From NCBI GenBank assembly GCA_044222065.1, contig JBGAOA010000004.1:1-64000 (forward strand): a DNA stretch of 64,000 nucleotides. Direction: 5' to 3'. Positions 56,589-64,000 of the stretch are shown piece by piece. This DNA comes from Candidatus Eiseniibacteriota bacterium. GTDB taxonomy: Bacteria; Eisenbacteria; RBG-16-71-46. The notes beneath the pieces are model-generated. The model was not told where the DNA came from, made no database searches, and was given only the letters and a program-made list of their open reading frames with translations. Made by a program: the position numbers and the translations under genes. How positions within the stretch are numbered: the stretch's first letter is position 1; the number at the start of each line of letters is the position of its first letter.

Positions 56589-59500
56589 CGGCGGCCTCGC
56601 GCGGGGCGCAGCAGTTCGTCGTCGAAGCGCGCGCGGATGCGCAGGAAGCCGCCCTCGCGCGTCCAGTCGGTCCCTGCGAGTTCGTCGTCCTCGTAGCCGA
56701 AGCGGTTCCAGCCCGCGCTCAGCCACACGCCCGCGCCGAGCTGGCGTCCGATCTCGGCGCCGAGCGCGTCGCGGCGCTGGCGGAGCGTGCGGCCTACGAC
56801 GGCGCTCGCGGCGACGCTCGCGTCCCAGTCGCGTCCGAACGCGATCGAGGCGCGCGCCGATCCGCGCTGCGCGCCCGTCACGCCGCGGAAGCCGTCGGCG
56901 CGTTCGCTCGCGACCTTGCCGGCCCAGCCGAGCGTGGCCTCGAGCGCGCCGCCGACCGGGCCCGTGCTCTGGAGCGCGAGCACGTGCGCGAGCCGGCGGT
57001 GCGGGAACGGCGAGCCGCCCGTGTCGCGGTCGTAGCGGAACTCGTAGCGCGTGAGCGCGTCCCACGCCTCGTGGGTCGCGTCGCGATACGCCGCGCCGAG
57101 CTGGAAGCGCAGCCGCGCGTGCGTGCCGCTCGCTCGCGCGTCCTCGAACGACAGCTGGTGGCGGCCGAGCATCGTCCACGACGAGTCCACGCGGCACGCC
57201 GCGGCCATCGTCGCGAGGAAGCCGTCCGAGGCGCGGCTCGTGCGCACTTCGACGCGCGTCGAGCCCTTCCAGCGTTCGCCCTCGGCGTACTCGATCGAGC
57301 CCGTCACGGCGGTCGCGGGCCCGGTCGTCGCGCCGGCGAGCGGGCTCACGCGCTCGAACGACGTGCCGATGCGCATCACGCCGTCCACCGTCCACAGGTT
57401 CCGCAGGCCGAGCGCCGCCTCGCCCTCGCGGCCCGAGAGCCCGTCGCCGAGCCGGTACTCGCTGAAGACGCGCGTGTCGGGCCGCACGTCGGTGTCCACG
57501 CCGAGCACGGTCGAGAGCCGGCGCTGCGATTCGCGCAGCGCCCACTCGCCCGCGAGGCTCGACACGAGTTCGTGACGCGCGTACACGCGGCCGCGCCCCG
57601 CGAGCCGGTACTCGCCGCCGACGGCGACGAGCCGGCGCGCGTCCATCACGCTCTGCTCGTACTCGGCGAAGCCCGTGACGTCGGGCCGCCCGGGCGCCTG
57701 CGCCTGGAGCCGAGCGCGCAGCGCGTAGCTCGTCGGTTCCTCGAAGCCGGTGCGGCGGTCCTCGCCCGCGACGCGCACGCCGAGTTCGCCCTGCACGCCG
57801 CGCGCGAGCACGCGGTCCACGCCGACGAGCACGCCGCCGCGCTGGTCGCGCGCGAACGCGTCCGCGCTGTAGAGCGCCTCGAGCCGCAGGCTCGTGCGCG
57901 GGTCCACGCGCCCGGTGAGCCGCGCGCCCGCCTCGGTGCGGCCCGCGCCGAAGCCCGCGCCGGGATTGTCGAAGTCGGCGCCCGTGGCCGAGCCGAACGC
58001 GTAGCCCTGCACGGCGCCGCTCTCGTGATGCAGGTCGAAGCGCGCGCCGTCGCCGCGGCTGCCCCCGATGCGCTGCGTCACGGCCCACTCGGCCTCGAGC
58101 GTCGTCTTCGGCGAGAGCTTCGCCGCGATCGAGAGGCTGCGCAGCTCGGAGGGCTTCTCGGGATCGTGGTCGTCCACGTACGAGCCGCCGGCCTCGAGCC
58201 GCGGCGTGAGCTTCACGCGCGCCTCGGCGCCCGACACCCAGAACGGCTCGCCGTCCGACTCCACTTCATAGCCCACGCGGACGTAGACCGGGTTCAGGTC
58301 CGCGTCCACGCTCGGCACCGGCTGCTTGAAGACGATGCGGCCTTCGAACGGATCGATCTCGTAGTCGGTGAAGCGCGAGCGCGCGTTCGCGCTCAGCACG
58401 ACCGCCGGCTGGTTGCGATCGCGCACGATCACCTCGACGCGCTCCGAGTTCTCGACGATCGGCGCGCCCGGCAGCACGTAGGGGCCCGAGACGCCGAGGC
58501 CGGGCAGCTCGTCCACGCGGCGGCGCGTGCGTTCGCGGCTCGTGAACGCGTCCACGCGCACGCGCTCGTCTTCATAGTGGTGCTGGACGCCCGTGAGGCT
58601 GCGCTGGTAGCCGGCGAGGCTGCGGACGCTGCCGCTGCCGCGCGTGACGAAGTCGCCGTACAGCAGCGAGGCCGCGCCCCGGTCGGCGCGCGCGTACAGC
58701 CGGCCGGTGGACTGCGCCTCGTAGCCGCGCACCGACGCGTCGCCGTAGACGGGGTAGAACGCCTCGGGCTGGATGTCGCGGAAGCGGCGCAGGCCCTCGG
58801 GCTTGTCGGTCGCGTAGCCGAGCGTGAGCAGCACGTCCTCGAACACGCGGCCCTTCACGAACAGCGCGCCGCGCGCGACGGCGCTCGCGTCGCCGTCGCG
58901 GCGCTCGCTGCGGAACTGCGACGCCCACGACTCGAAGCCGGTCTCGGGGTGGAGCGGCGCGTTCGGCCCGCGGTGCAGCTTGCCGAACGACACCGTGCCT
59001 TCGAGCGAGCCGAGCGCGAGCAGCGGGCGGAGGTCGGGGCCGAAGTCCACGACGGATGCCGCGCGCAGCGCGCCTGCCGCGGCGCCGAGGCGCGCGCGCC
59101 CCGGCGTCGCCGGCGCGACGAGCGCGAGTTCGGCGAGTCCGCCCTCGACCGCAACCTGCACGCCCGGCGCGGCGGGATCGAGGTCGGGAGCGGTGAACGC
59201 GCCGAGCGTGGTCTCGAGCGTGACGATCGTGCGCGCGCCGACCGGGACGCCCTTCGCGTCGGTGAGGCGGATCGCGAGCGGCGCCGGCGTGCGGCCGTCG
59301 GCGATCGGGCGGCGCGGCGTCTCGAGCGCGACGTGCGCGAGCGGGCCGGGCGCCACGACGCGCAGCGCGACGCGGCCGACCGAACGCGGCGGCGCGACCT
59401 CGAGCACGTTCACGCCGGGCTCGAGTTCGACGCCGAGGTACTCCCACGCTTCGACGTTCGCGGCGTGCGCGACGACGCGGCGGCCGACGCGCGTCTCGGG

Positions 59501-62012
59501 CAGCGGCCGGCCGTTCACGCGCAGGCGGAGCGTCGTGCCGGGGCGCCCCTTCACGCGCACCGCGAGCTGCGTCACGCCGACCGTGTCGTAGTCGGCGAGG
59601 CCGACGAAGCCGAGGTCGAGCGACGGCGCGAGCTGCTCGAGCGAGGCGACCGGCAGCGCGTGGTGCGCGGACGACGGCGCCGAGGCGAGCGCGGCGTCGG
59701 CGAACAGCGGCAGGCGCGACTCGCCGCTCGTCACGGCCGACGTCGCCGCGCGCGCGCATCGCCCGGCAGGGTCGCGGGCTCGTCCATCGCGGACGGCCGC
59801 GCGAGGCCGCGCGCGAGTTCGCTGCCGAAGGCGCCCGGCGTCTCGCGGCGCGCGCGCCGCCGCGACGGCGGCGGTGTCGGCGCCGAAGTGCGTGCTGTCG
59901 GGCGCGAGCGGGAAGTCCGCGCGCGAGTTCTCCGCGGTGCAGGTCCACGAGCCTCAGGCCCGGCGTGCCGAGGTCGCGGCGGTCGCGCGCGACCGGCTTC
60001 GTCACCGCGGGCACCGTCGTGCGGTCGAGCTTCACCGCGGTCGCGCGCGGATCGAGGCCGTACAGGCTGTACGCGCCGTCGCGGTCGGTGATCGCGAACG
60101 TGCCGTCCAGGTACAGCCGCACGCCCGGCACGCCGGGCTCGCCGGCCGAGCGGCGGCGGTCGCCGTCGAGGTCCACCCACACCGTGCCGACGAGCGTCGC
60201 TTCGTCGGCGAACGCGCCGCCCGTCACGACGACGCGCGCGGTCGCGACGTTCGACAACACGCTGTCCGCGACGGCCCAGGCGCGGTTGATGCCGTCGCCG
60301 TCGGGCGCGCCGGGGCTCACGCGCACGCGGTAGCGCAGCGTCGCGCTCGCGTGGGCGGGAAGCGCGCCGAAGTCGAACGTCAGCGACGGGCCGCGGCCGC
60401 CGGCGGGGTCCGCGAGCCGCGAGGTGTCGCGGCGCGCGGTGCCGGCGACGTACGCGAAGCCGAACGGCAGCCGGTCCTCGATTGCGACGCGGTCGAGCAG
60501 GCTGTCGGTGCGGCTCTCGATCCGGACCGCGAACTCGAGCTCGTCGCCGATCTCGACCGCGGCGCGCGAGGCGGACTTCTCGGCGAAGAGCCGCACCGCC
60601 GCGCGCGCGTCGAGCGGCACGTCCCAGCTCACGGGCGACAGCGCGGCGGTGGCGGCGAACGGCGCGCCGTAGGAGGCGACGGCGTCCACGCTGCGGAACG
60701 CCGGGAACGACGCGGCGGGAAGCCCCGAGGGGAAGCGGTGGGTCGCGGGCGGGAACACGTCGAGCCGGTACGTGCTCGGCGGCACGAGCGGGAACGCGTA
60801 CGCGCCGCTCGCGTCGGTGACGAGTGCTGCCGGCGCGGGCGTCACGCCGTCCGCGGCGAACACGCGCGCGGGGCCGCCCGCGAGCCCGCCGTTGCCGGCG
60901 CCCGTGACGTCGGTGAGCTGCACGCGCACGTTCGCGACCGGCAGCCCGGTGCGCGCGTCGAACACGACGCCCGCCGGCGCGATCCACACCTCGGCCTCGG
61001 TGCGCGTCGCGCCGCAGCCGAGGAGCGTCGCGCGCACGGCGTCGTTGCGAGTGACCTCGACGACGCCGGTGCGCGTCGCGGCGAACGTGCCGGTCGCGTC
61101 GAACGTCGGCACGTTCGGCTCGATGCGGAACCGGCCGGTCGAAGGGCCGGTCTCGGCCGCGCGGTAGGACTCGGAGTCGCCCGCGCGCGTCGTCGCGATC
61201 GAGATCGTCACGGTGTCGGCGAGCGCCGGGTCGAGGTCGCACTGCGGGGCGACCGCCTCGAGCCAGAGCGGCGCGCTGACCGTGCTCACGCGCGTCGGCG
61301 TCGCGTACGACGGCCCGGCGTAGAACGCGAGCGTCGGCGGCACGAGCGGCGGCGTGGCGGTGACCGAGTCGCGGTTCGCGGCCGTGACCCCGGAGGCGAG
61401 CCCGGTCGCGCGCAGCTCGAGGCGCGCGAACGCGCCGTTCGGCGCGGTGAGCGGGCTCGTCGCCGAGACGATCAGCGCGACCGAGTCGCCGGGAGCGAGC
61501 GTGATCGTGCCGCCCGGCGCGAGCGCGACGTCGCCCGGGCCGACGAGGCCGTCGCGGTCGACGTCGCGGGCGAGCGCGAGGCTCGCGAAGTCCCAGCCGT
61601 CGCCCGCGAGGTTCGCGAGGTCGAGCCGGTAGGTCGCCGTCGCGTTCCCGAGGTGCCGCAGCTCGTGCACGAACGCCGTCGTCGCGCCGGCGGGCGCGAT
61701 CGCGCCCTGGTCGCGCGTGAGCGACAGCGCCTCGATCGCCGAGACGATCGTGCGCACGGGGTTCGAGTCCACGAGCAGCGCGCCCGAACCCGCGGTCGTG
61801 GCCGTCGCGCGGGCGACGTTGTCGATCGGCGTTCCCGGTGCCGGGCCCGCCTGCGCGCGCGCGTATACAAAAACCAGCGTCCCGATCGCGACGCCGAGGC
61901 GCACGGCGGCCGCGCGCGCGACGCTCGCGAGCGAGCGCGCGGCGAGACCGGCCGCGTTCGCGAACGGCGAACGCGGGTGCGGAGACCCCGGATGGCGACG
62001 GGACGTGGGCAC
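56585..62012 (-). CDS. Very large DUF11/SdrD-B/Ig-containing outer-membrane beta-barrel protein, frameshifted at about 59745-59925
   Basis: ORFs 58572-62147 and 56585-59734 join into one protein; FYPVYGDAS, IVENSE.VE..VRDRNQP, DYEID...GRI.F..PVPS.D; long amphipathic barrel ending FLRIRARFDDELL. GTG 62012 with GGGAG RBS (approximate). Confidence 0.75.
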
Positions 62013-62205
62013 GGTGCGAACTCCCGGCGTCCCGCTCCGGCGCGCCAGCTTCTGTCTGAGACGTCCGATTGCTGCGTTACTCGCTCGCTTCTCGCTGCGG
62101 AGCATCTTGCAGATGCGCCTCGCTCGTCGCTTGCTCGTGCCTTGCACTCGGACTTCTCAGACAGAACCCAGAGTCGCGCCGGATGCGGAACACCCAGAGG
62201 GGGAC

Positions 62206-62235
62206 GCGGCGGGCCCGAAGGGAGGCCCGCCGCGC
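62206..62235 (-). terminator. Hairpin just after the upstream DUF11 gene
   Basis: CGCGGCGGGCC/GGCCCGCCGCG 11-bp stem, about 10 nt after the TAG. Confidence 0.6.
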
Positions 62236-62243
62236 GGAGCCGG

Positions 62244-64000
62244 CTAGGGATCGATGCGGACGCCGAACTCGACCACGGTCGTGTTGCCCGGTCCCAGCGT
62301 CGGGATCGTGACCGTGATCGTTCCGGCAGCGCCCGCGGCCGGAGCGGCCGTGACGCTGCCGGCCCCGCTCACGACCGCGGCGGGGACCGTCGCCGAGTAG
62401 GTCGTGAAGGGCGGCGTCGCATCGCTCACCACCACGTTCGTGACACTCGACGTGCCGACGTTCGTGATCGTGAGCCGGTAGCGCAGGCAGTTGCCGGGCA
62501 CCTGCGTCAGGTTGACCGTCGTGTACGCGCCGTCGGCCACGCCGTCGCAGGTGTTGTCGAGCACCTGCTCCTTGAGGACCGTGACCTGGCCGTTGATGAC
62601 GGTGCTGTTGTCCGTCGCGGTCACGATCGGCGGCGCGATGCTCACGTAGCCGAGGTTCGACGTCGAGGCGTCGAACGTCGTGACGTTGACCTGGCCGAGC
62701 GGGGCGCCGGCCGGAGCGAACACCTGCACGAACAGGCGGATCGAGGTGAGCGGAGCGATGCCGCCGATCGTCGAGAGGTCGTTGATCGCGACGTCGCCGG
62801 CGTCGAACACGCCGCTGTTGTTCGTATCGTGGTAGATCACCGACGACCATCCGGCCTGGTTGTCGGCGGTCGTGAGCGCCACGAGGCTGCCGGTGCCGTC
62901 GCCTTCGACGACGTTCCCGTTGTTGAACAGCAGGTGCGTGTACACGACCGTGCCGCCCGGGACGATCTGCGCGTTGTTGTTGGGCACGAGCGTGAGCTGG
63001 CGCAGCGGGTTCACGGTCACGGCGTCGTGGATGCGGTCCGCGGCGCCCGTCGTCGGCGACAGCGAGCGGAAGTACACGTCCGTCGTGCCCGGCGTCGCGG
63101 CCGCGGGGACCGTGACGTCGGCGTACACGAGCACGCCGCTCCACGGACCGACGGCGACCGTGCCCGCGATCGGGGTGAGCGTCGCGTCGAGGAACTGCAC
63201 GCTCCAGCCCGCCGGCAGCGTGAGGGCGCCGAACGAGCCGTCCGTGCTGGCCGCGAGGTTGTAGGCGTCCGCGACGCCGGCGGTGTTGTTGACGTACAGC
63301 GTGAAGCGCGTCGTCGTGCCGGGGTTCGTCGCGTTCGTGACGACCGCGCCCGCTTCGGGGCCGGCGCCGACGCCGAGTCCGCCGGGGAACGCGGCGTTGT
63401 TCGTGAGGTCCACGCGGTTCGGACGGATGCCGTTCAGGATGTCGGTCGCAGTGGCGTTCGTACCGTTCGTGATCGAGGTCGCGGTCTTCTGGACCTGGAA
63501 CCCGCCACCCGTGGCGTTCGGCGGCAACTGCACGCGCAGCACGACGGTGGTCGTGGCGCCTGCGGCGACCGGGCCCGTGTCGGGCGTGCCGTTGAAGTTC
63601 GTGTCCGTGAGCGGCGTCACGCCGTCCGCCTGGTAGAGCGCGTACGTCGTGCCCGGCGGGAACGTGGACACGCCGATCGTCACGTCGAAGCGGTCGGTGC
63701 CGTTGCCGTTGTTGACGAGCGTGTTCGCGTACGACAGCGCCGCGCCCTGGTTCACCGAGTCGATCGTCGTGCCGGTGAACGTGAAGGCCACCGACTGGAG
63801 CACCGTGAACGGCGCCTGGTTCGTGAAGAACGGACCGGCGTTCGCCGCGCCGTCGAAGTAGGCGTAGCGCGACGAGTTGTTGAGGACCTGCGGCGCGAGG
63901 CCCGGATCCACGTTCACACCGAACGTGATCGTTCCGGACGAGCCCGCCGGCACCTGGTTCAGGATCGCGGTGACGGTGCGGCTCGGCCCGTCGTAGATCC
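62244..64000 (-). CDS. Secreted tandem Ig/DUF11-repeat protein, 5' end outside the window (putative major fibre subunit)
   Basis: Frame open to the window edge; Thr/Asn/Gly/Val-rich Ig repeats (NNGNGTD.F, Y.H.L.NNGN); terminal PGNCLRYRLTITNVG..VSDATP. Confidence 0.82.
   Translation of the reverse strand, partial: IYDGPSRTVTAILNQVPAGSSGTITFGVNVDPGLAPQVLNNSSRYAYFDGAANAGPFFTNQAPFTVLQSVAFTFTGTTIDSVNQGAALSYANTLVNNGNGTDRFDVTIGVSTFPPGTTYALYQADGVTPLTDTNFNGTPDTGPVAAGATTTVVLRVQLPPNATGGGFQVQKTATSITNGTNATATDILNGIRPNRVDLTNNAAFPGGLGVGAGPEAGAVVTNATNPGTTTRFTLYVNNTAGVADAYNLAASTDGSFGALTLPAGWSVQFLDATLTPIAGTVAVGPWSGVLVYADVTVPAAATPGTTDVYFRSLSPTTGAADRIHDAVTVNPLRQLTLVPNNNAQIVPGGTVVYTHLLFNNGNVVEGDGTGSLVALTTADNQAGWSSVIYHDTNNSGVFDAGDVAINDLSTIGGIAPLTSIRLFVQVFAPAGAPLGQVNVTTFDASTSNLGYVSIAPPIVTATDNSTVINGQVTVLKEQVLDNTCDGVADGAYTTVNLTQVPGNCLRYRLTITNVGTSSVTNVVVSDATPPFTTYSATVPAAVVSGAGSVTAAPAAGAAGTITVTIPTLGPGNTTVVEFGVRIDP

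Noticed and set aside
62095..62150. Possible sigma54 promoter or operator upstream of the giant OM gene (AGGCACGAGCAAGC; GCATC-TTGCA-GATGC)
   Set aside because: The -12 TTGC element is not matched and the palindrome is short.

Overview
Very GC-rich bacterial DNA, about 41 densely packed genes. I recognised no rRNA, tRNA, CRISPR array or transposase. Five secreted proteins end in FlgD-Ig/T9SS-CTD-like tails, suggesting an FCB-associated lineage such as Ca. Eisenbacteria (inference only). Main blocks: assorted hydrolases and envelope genes (1-16.6 kb); an arginine operon argR-C-B-D-G-H(A)-F with tandem ARG boxes (16.7-25.3 kb); two paralogous BNR-repeat proteins, fhs and an FG-GAP protein (26-40 kb); a cheA-W-mcp-Y-B-R-X cluster plus an ECF sigma/anti-sigma pair (40.7-51.2 kb); and a three-gene DUF11 surface cluster (51.6-64 kb). 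Three observations stand out. (1) A gene the ORF track splits (12111-12758, minus) reads signal peptide - TGA-Ser-Gly-TGA - beta-barrel-like domain, with a SECIS-like hairpin. It is a candidate UxxU double-selenocysteine outer-membrane protein, coupled to a YHS-TlpA redoxin. (2) The DUF11 cluster has C-terminally truncated 'acceptor' domains and a matching N-terminal 'donor' segment, suggesting a donor-strand, possibly isopeptide-linked fibre with tip, shaft and outer-membrane anchor. (3) A galactose-oxidase-like copper radical oxidase has a second Kelch propeller nested inside it. Frameshifts in argC and the large OM protein lie in G or GC runs and may be sequencing errors. All calls come from reading motifs by eye; no database searches were run.
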